DNA of 32,000 bases from Candidatus Kuenenia stuttgartensis (GCF_900232105.1 NZ_LT934425.1:1350001-1382000), one strand, 5' to 3'. Shown: positions 16,839 through 25,741, counted from the first letter of the stretch. The notes: generated from the letters alone by a model not told the origin. A program made the numbers and translations.

Positions 16839-16929
16839 CAGTCCTCAGTCGGCAATCCTCAATCCTCTGTCCTAAATCTTGCAATCTGCAATTTGCCAAC
16901 TGTAGACTGTAGATTGCCGACTGCATAAT
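16839..16929. repeat. Degenerate heptamer tandem array (about 13 heptads)
   Basis: In 7-nt register: cagtcct cagtcgg caatcct caatcct ctgtcct aaatctt gcaatct gcaattt gccaact gtagact gtagatt gccgact gcataat. It shares the words cggcaat and ctgtaga with the array at 1310-1376. Confidence 0.7.
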
Positions 16930-16948
16930 GTACTAACGTGAAGGAGAA

Positions 16949-18322
16949 ATTGCACTGAAAGCAGTATTAGTTCATTTATCTGGCAGCCGTCGTGGAAAAA
17001 CAGAAGTATTTTCTTCCGATAAAATAACTATCGGCGCCGATGCATCAAATGAAATTGCCTTTGATGCAAAAAAAGATACAAACATCTCCGCTTTTCATGC
17101 TGAAATACTACGGAAAGAATGTGAGTATCTGTTAATCGACAAAGGAAGCTTAAAAGGCACGCTGGTTAATCATAGAGTAATTAGCGAAATGGCACTTAAA
17201 GACGGTGATTTAATCGAATTTGGAGCAGGCGGGCCAACGGTGCGATTCCGTATAAAAATGGATGAAGATGATATTTGCAAACAATGGTCTGAAATATTGG
17301 AAGACTCTTTAGAGATTGCTCTTACTTCAAAGAAGGGGCGTTTCAACACTGCAACGGGATTTTTTAAACAACTTTTATGGGAGATTTACACCCAAATATC
17401 GCACCATATCAAATTGCGTATTATTTTAACACTGGTTGTCTTTTCCGGTATTGTGATCGCATATTTTTTTGTTCAAAATATCAAATTAACACAAACCGTC
17501 GAAAAGGTGAAAATGCTAGAACTCGAAAGGTCTATTGCAGAAAACATAATAAAAAAGTATACTAACGGCGTTTGCCTTATTCAGGGAGCCTTTTCCTATT
17601 ATGATGAAGAAACTGGTGAACCGCTTTTTATGATGGGAAGAAGGACCGGGATAAATGAATATACCGGCACTGGTTTTTTAGTTAGCGAAGAAGGCCTGAT
17701 CATAACCAATCGTCATATTGCCGAACCATGGTGGGAACTTGATACTTTCTCTGCGCCACAGTTAGATCCGGGGGTAAAACCTAAGTTTGTAGTATTCAGG
17801 GCGTTTTTCCCAGGAATCAAAGAACCGTTCCCCCTGACGGTGGAAAAGGTTTCAGATGAAGTGGATGTAGCATTGCTTCGCATAAATACCGGTGGCATAA
17901 ATATTCCGGTGCATGAATTAGATACAACAGACAAGGGAGCCGTTGTGGGAGAACCAATATTACTACTGGGATATCCTGCGGGAATAAAGGCCATTTTTGC
18001 AAAGATGGATCCGGAACTGGTAAGACAATTTATTCACATCCCTTTTATTCAGTTAGTTCAGGAACTTTCCAATTTCGGCTTTATAAAACCCCTTGCCACT
18101 CAAGGCCATTTAAGTGATATTATGGAAAACAGACTGGTATATGATGCCCAAACAACAGTTGGCGGAAGCGGCGGTCCTATATTTAATAAAAAAGGGCTGG
18201 TTATCGGAATTAATTATGGGATATTTCCGGGATTCAGAGGATCCAATTTTGGCGTTCCAGTACGTTATGGATTATCTCTTCTCAAAGAAGTTTCCAAAAG
18301 TGTAAAGGATAAAAAAAAATGA
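16949..18322 (+). CDS. FHA domain - TM helix - trypsin-like (S1/DegP-type) serine protease; start codon unresolved
   Basis: The track ORF (17189) is continuous in frame with 80 upstream codons encoding an FHA domain (LSGSRRGKTEVFSSDKITIGADASNEIAF...ISAFHAEILRKECEYLLIDKGSLKGTLVNHRVI...GDLIEFG). The frame opens after the TAA at 16934-16936 and holds no ATG, GTG or TTG before 17189. Candidate starts are ATT 16949 or CTG 16955, after AAGGAG at 16941-16946. TM helix: LRIILTLVVFSGIVIAYFFV. Protease motifs: TGTGFLVSEEGLIITNRHI (His), DVALLRI (Asp), GGSGGPIF (Ser). Confidence 0.8.
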   Translation: MALKAVLVHLSGSRRGKTEVFSSDKITIGADASNEIAFDAKKDTNISAFHAEILRKECEYLLIDKGSLKGTLVNHRVISEMALKDGDLIEFGAGGPTVRFRIKMDEDDICKQWSEILEDSLEIALTSKKGRFNTATGFFKQLLWEIYTQISHHIKLRIILTLVVFSGIVIAYFFVQNIKLTQTVEKVKMLELERSIAENIIKKYTNGVCLIQGAFSYYDEETGEPLFMMGRRTGINEYTGTGFLVSEEGLIITNRHIAEPWWELDTFSAPQLDPGVKPKFVVFRAFFPGIKEPFPLTVEKVSDEVDVALLRINTGGINIPVHELDTTDKGAVVGEPILLLGYPAGIKAIFAKMDPELVRQFIHIPFIQLVQELSNFGFIKPLATQGHLSDIMENRLVYDAQTTVGGSGGPIFNKKGLVIGINYGIFPGFRGSNFGVPVRYGLSLLKEVSKSVKDKKK

Positions 18323-19011
18323 GGCAATTTTCTTCCTATTTGTATAAAAAAACAGGTATTTCAGCATTTTTTATCTTTTTACGAATGGCGAATTATGCCT
18401 TCATTGTTTTTTTAATTTCCATATTCGTATTATTCTCGCAGCATTCATTTGCCCATTCCGACGGGGCGCCCCTGGCAAATGTAGGCGCTGCGACAACCAA
18501 AGACGGCTGGGCTCTTTATGCTCCAGCCTTTTCTACATGTAACGTTCTGGGATGCCATTACCAATATACCGTGGGTTCGGGTAAGGGCAAATTTATGTTA
18601 TTTGTTTTAGATGAGTGTGAACCGGGAGAAATTATTGATATTCTGGTTTCGTTTAAAAAAACGGATACGTATTATCATGGCTTTCAAATTGCAGCGCAAG
18701 ACAGGTATTTTAACCGATTAGTGGGCAATTTTATTAACGTCGGAGACGACGACGATACACAAGTGGAAGCGGGCGGCCTTTACGCAACTCATACGAAAAA
18801 AGGCACAAACCAAAAATACTGGCATGTAAAATGGCAGGCACCGCCCGAGGAGTTCTGGGTCGCCAATCCCGTCAGATTCTTTGCCATTGGATTGGAAGCC
18901 GACAATGACGGCACTGCTATGGGAGATTATGTGTACAGCGCAACAAGGAATATTGTTGTTAGATCCAGAAAATTTCGCAATATGCAAATGCAACAATTAA
19001 GAAGGGAGTAA
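18319..19011 (+). CDS. Secreted hypothetical protein, beta-sandwich (Reeler/DOMON-like?) with a CX4CH motif
   Basis: The ATG overlaps the protease stop (ATGA at 18319-18322). Signal-like segment FIVFLISIFVLFSQHSFAHS. Contains GAP...CNVLGCH (18538-18558), HGFQIAAQD and WHVKWQAPP. The family call is tentative. Confidence 0.65.
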   Translation: MRQFSSYLYKKTGISAFFIFLRMANYAFIVFLISIFVLFSQHSFAHSDGAPLANVGAATTKDGWALYAPAFSTCNVLGCHYQYTVGSGKGKFMLFVLDECEPGEIIDILVSFKKTDTYYHGFQIAAQDRYFNRLVGNFINVGDDDDTQVEAGGLYATHTKKGTNQKYWHVKWQAPPEEFWVANPVRFFAIGLEADNDGTAMGDYVYSATRNIVVRSRKFRNMQMQQLRRE

Positions 19012-19015
19012 TTTT

Positions 19016-19576
19016 TTGAAACGGAGATATTTTTCTGTTGTATTACTGTTACTGACTATGTTTTGCTTCATGCATACATCATATGCATCTACGCTTGATT
19101 TTTCATGGACTGCGCCAAAGACATATGTGCATAATGCAGGGACAAAAGGGGAGTTGCACTATATTGTCTGGTTTTATAACTTAAAGAATACTATCGGGAA
19201 AACAATCATGGTGCCCATAGATGTATTTATGAAAACGGATACAGGAGAAGAATATGCCGACGCATATTATCCGGAACTTGTAGATTACATTAAAGAATTA
19301 GACGAGGATTTTTACGAAGGAAAGAAATATCAGTATGCCGCAATTGCAAAAGGGGAATTAGCGCCGGATACAACAAAACATTGTATCGCAATGTTCGAGG
19401 ATATAGCGCCACAGGCAAAACAAGTTGAAATCTTTGTAACGGGCATATTGCATTTTTTCTTATGGCGACAGAAAATGGTCGATTATTCTTATAAAATTAC
19501 GTATAAAAAAGAAAGGGATCAATGGAAATTGATTGAACATGGCATGAGCAAGGAGTGTGTTGGGGTCACGCCTTGA
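19016..19576 (+). CDS. Secreted hypothetical protein
   Basis: TTG start 7 nt after AAGGGAG and 4 nt after the previous stop. Signal peptide KRRYFSVVLLLLTMFCFMHTSYAS. No recognisable domain. Confidence 0.6.
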   Translation: MKRRYFSVVLLLLTMFCFMHTSYASTLDFSWTAPKTYVHNAGTKGELHYIVWFYNLKNTIGKTIMVPIDVFMKTDTGEEYADAYYPELVDYIKELDEDFYEGKKYQYAAIAKGELAPDTTKHCIAMFEDIAPQAKQVEIFVTGILHFFLWRQKMVDYSYKITYKKERDQWKLIEHGMSKECVGVTP

Positions 19577-19589
19577 ACACCATGCTTAA

Positions 19590-21128
19590 ACTTACGGCAA
19601 ATACTACCCCAATACCCTAATTATCCAGTCCGCCTTAGTTACCCGCCCAGTTGTTATTAAAAAGTTGAGGTGTACCCTGGATTTGCGTCCGCCGATTCTT
19701 TATCTTGATGATATAGAAGTGCAAAGGAAAAAAGGAAGGAATGTCGCCATTGTAAAAGGAACGGTCGTGGATGATCATGACATAAAAAGTCTCTCTATAA
19801 ATAATACGGTTGTTCCGCATGGCGATGAAAAGGAGGTACATTTCCAGCAGGAAATAATTTTAGAGGAAGGAAACAATGTATCATTCAGGGTGACAGACGT
19901 TGCCGGAAACGAAACAAGCGGAGAGCAAAAATTGACGGTAAAGGCTTCGCTCTGGCCTTAAGATAAATGGAGTGAAATTAAATTTACGCAAAATACCACA
20001 ATCAACAAACCCGTTTTGCTTGCCGCAACCAGGCTAAGCGGATCCCTTATCAATACGTTTCTCGCCTCTCAAACCGCCGTTGCGCCTGATACAAAAAACA
20101 ATACTTCGTCTCAAATCAAAGGCGAAGATATATCTTCACCGATTATTCGCAGCAGCATAAAGCCGTGCATCGTGTACGATAAAAACTTTTTCTTTAGCGG
20201 AGAGGCGCATGATGACAGCGGCATTGAAAAATTGTTTATTAACGGGGAAGTCATAGACATCAGGCCTGGCAAGCATGTATTCTTCAATCATTTCCTCAAA
20301 CTCAATGAAGGGGAAAATACCGTTACGGTGAGGGCAATTGACGCAGAAGGCAACGAAGCCGCACTTTTTCCGGTTGTTATTGAGAAAAAACCTTTGAATT
20401 ATTTGATATGGAAGCCAGGCTTACCATTTCCTTGCTCCCGTTGAGAACGTATTCTGGAGCATCCAGATACTCCGTGGCATTGCAGCCGCTGCAGTCATCT
20501 GCACACAAGGGAGTACCGGCAGAACGGCTTTACGCCAAACTCCTCAATGCCTTCGATGAGGACTCTAAAAGGTTTAATTTTGTAGAAAGAGATCAGACAA
20601 AATTGCTGGAAATACTAAAGGAACAAAAAATCAGCAACTCTGAACTGGCGTCGCCGGATACCGCCATTAAGATCGGGAAAATAAAGGCGGCGGAAGGCAT
20701 GCTCTTTGGTTTCGGTTGAGGAAAATGACAAAGGAATAAATGTCACATTGCGGCTTGTGGATACTGAAACAACGCAAATACTGGCGAATACGGATGTTTA
20801 CGACGAAGATAAAAATGATAAAAACATTAATTGGCTCATGTACGGCCTTGCGTTAAAAATGAAACAGCAGTTTCCGATGACGCAGGGAGAGGTCATACAC
20901 GTCTCAGGAAAGGGATTTCATGTGAACGCAGGCGCAAACCACGGGCTTTCAATAGGGATGAAATTGCTGGTTTTCAGGGAAATAAATGTGGGGAATTTCA
21001 GGATAAAAGAACCCCTGGAGGTAATCGCACGCGTTGTCTATGTGCAGCCGGATACGTCTTTCGTCAAAATTACCACGGCAAAAGACTCTGTAGATATAAT
21101 GAAGGATGATATGGTGATTACGAAATAG
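19590..21128 (+). pseudogene. Disrupted gene: two Ig-like beta-sandwich repeats + CsgG/LpoB-like periplasmic domain + C-terminal beta-domain
   Basis: Four track ORFs (19665, 20016, 20408, 20706) join into one protein. There is an in-frame TAA at 19959-19961, a -1 shift around the A6 run at 20385-20390 and a +1 shift at ~20710 (MLFG|t|SVEENDKGINVTLRLVDTETTQIL). CsgG-like pattern: FNFVERDQTKLLEILKEQKISNSELASPDTAIKIGKIKAAEGMLFG. No signal peptide or credible start. Confidence 0.7.
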
Positions 21129-21317
21129 GATGGAAGAAAATCAGGGATAATGGCGGAATGGCATGGATGACGTTTGGTACAGTCAATAATGGAATTGACA
21201 ATACAAAGGTTATGATTGCAAACGGCGCTACTAAAAATCATGGTTTACCTGCTGCCGCACAATGTTTGGTTAAGTTGTGGAGTGAATTAACGGATAGGGC
21301 AAAAGATACTTTTTATT

Positions 21318-21818
21318 TTACAGTACGCCTCTGGGAGGTTGGAATTTTTCGATGAGTTTCTTTATGAACGAAAGTTCTTCTCTTTGGGTCTCAAGAATGG
21401 TTTCCATCTGTGTTTGCCGGCGATGCATCTGCCATTGCATGCGTAGCACAAACCCAAAAATTACCAGGGCAATGGTTATAAAAAGCCCAAGCGTCCATTG
21501 TAGTGTGTCAAAACGATTGCCTACTTCTTCAAAACGGCTGTTTATGTCTGTACGGAGGTCGTCGATGCGTTTATTGAGCTTGGAGTCAAGAGCGTCGATA
21601 CGTTTATTGAGGTTGGAGTCTAGATCATCAATGCGTTTATTGAGGCTTTTATCCACGGTATCAAGCTTTTCATCAAGTCTTTTTAAATTTCCTCGTATTT
21701 CAGCAAGTGACTCTATGATCTCACGGTCAGATATGCGGGGGGCGGTCTCTACGGCAATGACGGTATGCTGGAGAATAAAGAAGGAGATCAGTATGATGGC
21801 GCTCAATATCTTATTCAT
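21318..21818 (-). CDS. Small membrane protein: signal/anchor, 11-aa coiled-coil repeats (LNKRIDDLDS), C-terminal TM helix
   Basis: 166 aa with an N-terminal hydrophobic segment. SLNKRIDDLDSNLNKRIDALDSKLNKRIDDLRTD is encoded by three 33-nt units (21562-21660). TM helix: WTLGLFITIALVIFGFVL. The + strand ORF 21352-21891 is its shadow. Confidence 0.7.
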   Translation of the reverse strand: MNKILSAIILISFFILQHTVIAVETAPRISDREIIESLAEIRGNLKRLDEKLDTVDKSLNKRIDDLDSNLNKRIDALDSKLNKRIDDLRTDINSRFEEVGNRFDTLQWTLGLFITIALVIFGFVLRMQWQMHRRQTQMETILETQREELSFIKKLIEKFQPPRGVL

Positions 21819-21903
21819 AATGCAAAAGGCTACTTTTTGTGCCGGGTATTGTCAACAGAAAAATGAAGGACACCGGATTTGCACGGATTAAATACAAATT
21901 TTA

Positions 21904-21999
21904 GTAGGGGCGAAGCATTTGCGATAACTGGCATACATGCGTTCATGTCCAAACATGCAAATGCTTCGCCCCTACGGTTTCAAAAAACCAAAGTGTTAC
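21904..21999 (+). repeat. GTAG-headed long-hairpin element, copy B (short tail)
   Basis: Arms gtaggggcgaagcatttgc (21904-21922) and gcaaatgcttcgcccctac (21957-21975). The loop is related to that of copy C (..catgcgttcatgtccaaaca..). The tail is ggtttcaaaaaaccaaagtgttaca. Confidence 0.85.
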
Positions 22000-22105
22000 A
22001 AAAACTATAGTGTAACAAAAATTTATGGATTATTCTGCCATGGACGCATGAGCGCCCTGTATGTGCATTTCTACATGGAACGTAGTATGAAACGAGGATA
22101 TTTTT

Positions 22106-23045
22106 ATGAGACAAAAACAAATATTTTTTGCGTTAACATGCATCTTCCTGTCTCTGCCATTATCACGGGCAGCCTTTGCACAATTTTCCCTATCGCCTCC
22201 AAATATTAACTCGGTTCCGCTGCCCACCGGTTCGGGCGCAAGGGCTATTGCACAGGGAAGCGCCTTTATAGCCGTCGTGGACGGCGCTACTGCCGCCTCA
22301 AGGAATCCCGGCGCCCTGACACAGTTGTAAAAGCCGGAAATCTCCATAGTGGGTTCTTTTCTGGCAACGGATCAGGATTTTGATCCGGGGCTTACCGGAC
22401 TCACCCTTGACAATGAATCCGTATCGCGTGGCGATTTGAATTACGCCAGCGCTGCGTATCCTTTCAGGGTCTTCGGGAAAAACATGGTTGCGGCGTTAAA
22501 CTATCAGCAGATTTATGATTTCCACATGGACGTGGACCTTAGCATGTCCATTGATGACCCATCCCCGCCGTCATTAAATTACATGCAAACGATACAATTT
22601 GAATCAAAAGGCGGCATCGGGGCGTTAACGCCCGCGCTGTCAGTACTTGTCACGCCCAAAATATCCGTCGGCATACTGGTCAACATTTGAGCAGAAAGAC
22701 GAAGAGGGCAATACATCACGTCCACTGGAAGGCGCATCCACAGACAGAGATATTGATGACACCTTTGCCATCAGTACCGGTAAGGAATATTTGATTTTCC
22801 GCAAAAAAACCATCATTCCTCTTCTCGGGGGACTTTTTTATGATCCCAGCCCCTCACTTGGAAATCCTACCAATGTGTACGGTTTTAGCGTTGGAAGCGG
22901 CATTTCCACGAAACGATTCAGCCTTGACGCCGCCTACCAATTCAGATGGGCAAATGACGTTGACGGCGAAGATTTTGGACTATCGGGCACCAGCTTTGAC
23001 CTCAATGAACACATGTTTCTTACCTCCCTTATTGTTTATTTCTGA
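22106..23045 (+). pseudogene. Disrupted outer-membrane beta-barrel protein gene (FadL/PorV-like)
   Basis: Signal peptide ...LSRAAFAQ. Contains GSGARAIAQGSAFIAVVDGATAASRNPGAL. In-frame TAA at 22328-22330, then the same frame continues KPEISIVGSFLA.... A frameshift lies near 22685-22690. The C-terminus ...HMFLTSLIVYF has the terminal aromatic residue typical of OMPs. Confidence 0.7.
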
Positions 23046-23077
23046 TCTGCATTGTCAACGCCAACCCGATAATGGTG

Positions 23078-23140
23078 AAATCCGAAACACGAAATCCGAA
23101 ACAAATTCTAATGACAAAATGATTTGAAATTCTAAACAAA
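23078..23140. repeat. Degenerate heptamer-periodic A-rich array
   Basis: aaatccg aaacacg aaatccg aaacaaa ttctaat gacaaaa tgatttg aaattct aaacaaa. It starts ~30 nt after the OMP pseudogene stop. Confidence 0.5.
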
Positions 23141-23174
23141 TGCGTCTTCCGTTTGTTGCCAAAAAGATAAAACA

Positions 23175-23204
23175 TTGACACATAAACGAGTAAGAATGTA
23201 GAAT
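23175..23204 (+). promoter_or_regulatory. Candidate sigma70-type promoter for fbp-fba (TTGACA-18 nt-TAGAAT)
   Basis: TTGACA at 23175-23180 and TAGAAT at 23199-23204. Motif only. Confidence 0.45.
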
Positions 23205-23308
23205 ATCGCAGAAACGTCTGCCTTTTGGCGGACAGTGAGAATTATGGGGTTGTGAAGATTAAGGAATAGCATTGAATTGAAACGTAATCTTGTTGGGAGG
23301 CATGCAGT

Positions 23309-24325
23309 ATGTCGGGAAGTAAAATTATTACCGTACAAAGACATATAATTGAACAAGAGCGGGATCACCCTGAGGCCACAGGCGAGCTGACAGGGCTACT
23401 GTGGGACTTAACCATTGCCGCAAAGATCATTTCACGGGAAGTAAATCGTGCCGGGCTTGCCGATATATTGGGTCTCACAGGACAGGAAAATATCCATGGA
23501 GAAGAAGTTAAAAAACTAGACGAGTATGCCAATGACGTCATTATAAAATCCATGGATCATGGAGGTCATCTTTGTGTTATGGCATCGGAAGAAAATGAAG
23601 ACATTATCCCGATACCAGACCAGTATCCCAAAGGCAAATACATGCTCATGTTCGACCCCCTTGACGGATCTTCAAACATTGACGCAAACGTAAGCGTAGG
23701 CACCATATTTTCCATTTATCGAAGAAAAACGACTGCTGGCAATGGAACACTTGAGGATTGCCTGAGAAAGGGCGTGGAGCAAGTTGCCGCGGGTTATATT
23801 GTATATGGTTCAAGCACCATGCTGGTATATACTGCCGGACACGGTTCCCATGGATTCACGCTTGACCCTGGCATCGGAGAGTTTTTACTCTCGCACAAAA
23901 ACATTCAAATCCCTTCCAGAGGCAAGATTTACAGTATCAATGAGGGAAACACAAATACATGGGACGAAGGGACACGTAAGTATATTAACGATCTGAAAAA
24001 GGTAACCCCTGAGACGGGGCAAAAGCCTTATTCTCTCCGGTACATTGGTTCCCTGGTGGCAGATTTTCATAGAACCCTTTTGTATGGAGGCATCTTTCTG
24101 TATCCTGCCGATTATAAAGACCCGAACAAACCAAAATCAAAACTCAGATTGCTCTATGAAGCAGCTCCACTTGCCTTTATTGTTGAACAGGCAGGCGGCA
24201 AGGCTTCCACCGGCGATACTGCCATCATGGAAATAAAAGCGGAACAACTCCACCAAAAAACGCCTCTTATTATCGGGAGCAAAGAAGACGTGGAGAAATA
24301 TGAAGGATATTTCAAAAATAAATAA
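23309..24325 (+). CDS. fbp: Fructose-1,6-bisphosphatase, class 1
   Basis: 338 aa. N-terminal [31 protein letters not shown], and the [11 protein letters not shown] metal-binding motif. GGGAGG lies upstream. Confidence 0.92.
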   Translation: MSGSKIITVQRHIIEQERDHPEATGELTGLLWDLTIAAKIISREVNRAGLADILGLTGQENIHGEEVKKLDEYANDVIIKSMDHGGHLCVMASEENEDIIPIPDQYPKGKYMLMFDPLDGSSNIDANVSVGTIFSIYRRKTTAGNGTLEDCLRKGVEQVAAGYIVYGSSTMLVYTAGHGSHGFTLDPGIGEFLLSHKNIQIPSRGKIYSINEGNTNTWDEGTRKYINDLKKVTPETGQKPYSLRYIGSLVADFHRTLLYGGIFLYPADYKDPNKPKSKLRLLYEAAPLAFIVEQAGGKASTGDTAIMEIKAEQLHQKTPLIIGSKEDVEKYEGYFKNK

Positions 24326-24352
24326 AAATATACGGAAGGGAGTATACTGTTT

Positions 24353-25741
24353 ATGCTATACACAACAAAAGAAGAACTATTCAATAATATCAAAGGCATT
24401 ATCGATATTCAAAAAGACGGAACTGTTTCTATAATCAATAAAGATGCGTTAAGAACAAAAACGATAGATAAAATCGTTTACAATGCCGTTTTCAACAGTG
24501 ACAGCAATCTGAAAGATATCTCACGGTGGCTAATCTGGTCGGCCAGTAATGCGCTTGGCAATGCGTCATCTTCCATACAATCGCTTTATGATGCGATGGG
24601 ACGGAGAGAATACAAGGGTTTCACCGTGCCGGCCATCAACATTCGGGGACTTACCTATGACGTTGCCCGCGCTGTGTTTTGTGCGGCAAAGAAAAACAAT
24701 GCGGCTGCAATAATATTTGAGATCGCACGATCGGAAATCGGATATACCGGTCAGCGGCCTGCAGAATACACAGCGGTTGTCCTTGCGGCAGCTATCAGGG
24801 AAGGGCATGAATACCCTGTATTTATTCAGGGCGATCACTTCCAGATTATTCTCCGGAAATACCAGGCAGACAAAGAAGCAGAGCTTGCTACGGTAAAAAA
24901 CCTCATAAAAGAGGCCATCGATGGAGGTTTTTATAATATTGACGTCGATACCTCTACACTGGTCGATTTGAGCAAACCCGATCTTGCCGGGCAGCAACGT
25001 CTCAATTTTGAACTTGCCGCCGAACTTACCGCGTATATCAGGTCATTGGAACCAAAGGGCATTACGATATCCGTTGGCGGAGAAATCGGCGAAGTGGGAA
25101 AAAAGAACAGCACTATTGAAGAACTGCGTGCGTTCATGGATGGATACAACGCCACTTTAAAAACAAAGGGCAGCGGATTAAAAGGCATCAGCAAAATCAG
25201 CGTGCAGACGGGCACATCCCATGGAGGGGTCGTACTTCCTGACGGAACCATTGCCAACGTGAAACTGGATTTTGACACTTTAAAAACCTTGTCAAATACT
25301 GCAAAGGATGAATACGGCATGAGCGGGGCAGTGCAGCATGGCGCTTCAACGCTTCCTGCTGATGCGTTCAGCAAATTTCCGGAAGCAGATACGGCGGAAG
25401 TGCATCTCGCCACAGAATTTCAAAATATGATTTATGATAACAGCGCCTTCCCCGCAGATTTTAAGAAAGAGATATACGAACTCCTCAAAGACAAATGCCG
25501 CAGCGAATGGAAGGAAGGCCAGACCGAAGAACAGTTTATCTACACAACCAGAAAAATGGGATTCGGCCCTTTCAAGCAGAAATTCTGGGATTTACCGGAA
25601 AATATCAGGGCAAAAATCGGACAGGATCTTGAAGATAAATTTGACTTCCTCTTTAAAAAATTAAACATAGTCAATTCAAAAGAGATCATTAAAAACACAA
25701 TTCAACCGGTACCGGTAAAGGTAGCATTGCCAACACCTTGA
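24353..25741 (+). CDS. fba: Class II (metal-dependent) fructose/ketose-bisphosphate aldolase, long form
   Basis: VPAINIRGL, IQGDHF, NIDVDTS, GGEIGEVG, QTGTSHGG and QHGAST motifs of PF01116-type aldolases. It lies 27 nt downstream of fbp. Confidence 0.88.
   Translation: MLYTTKEELFNNIKGIIDIQKDGTVSIINKDALRTKTIDKIVYNAVFNSDSNLKDISRWLIWSASNALGNASSSIQSLYDAMGRREYKGFTVPAINIRGLTYDVARAVFCAAKKNNAAAIIFEIARSEIGYTGQRPAEYTAVVLAAAIREGHEYPVFIQGDHFQIILRKYQADKEAELATVKNLIKEAIDGGFYNIDVDTSTLVDLSKPDLAGQQRLNFELAAELTAYIRSLEPKGITISVGGEIGEVGKKNSTIEELRAFMDGYNATLKTKGSGLKGISKISVQTGTSHGGVVLPDGTIANVKLDFDTLKTLSNTAKDEYGMSGAVQHGASTLPADAFSKFPEADTAEVHLATEFQNMIYDNSAFPADFKKEIYELLKDKCRSEWKEGQTEEQFIYTTRKMGFGPFKQKFWDLPENIRAKIGQDLEDKFDFLFKKLNIVNSKEIIKNTIQPVPVKVALPTP

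Noticed and set aside
20385-20390. A6 run at the -1 frame junction considered as a programmed ribosomal frameshift site
   Set aside because: The zero-frame phasing (gag aaa aaa cct) is not an X XXY YYZ heptamer. No downstream structure is evident, and the same gene has an in-frame stop and a second, opposite-direction shift. Decay or a homopolymer error is the simpler explanation.
21352-21891. 179-aa + strand ORF
   Set aside because: It is antisense to the coiled-coil membrane protein gene. It is Ser/Arg/Leu-rich and its repeats mirror the minus-strand 33-nt units. The minus-strand product has a sensible signal, coiled-coil and TM organisation.
19959-22330. Two in-frame TAA codons (19959-19961, 22328-22330) considered as stop-codon reassignment or read-through
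   Set aside because: TAA clearly terminates intact genes in the same window (for example 2957-2959, 16805-16807, 24323-24325, 29238-29240). Both affected genes also carry frameshifts.
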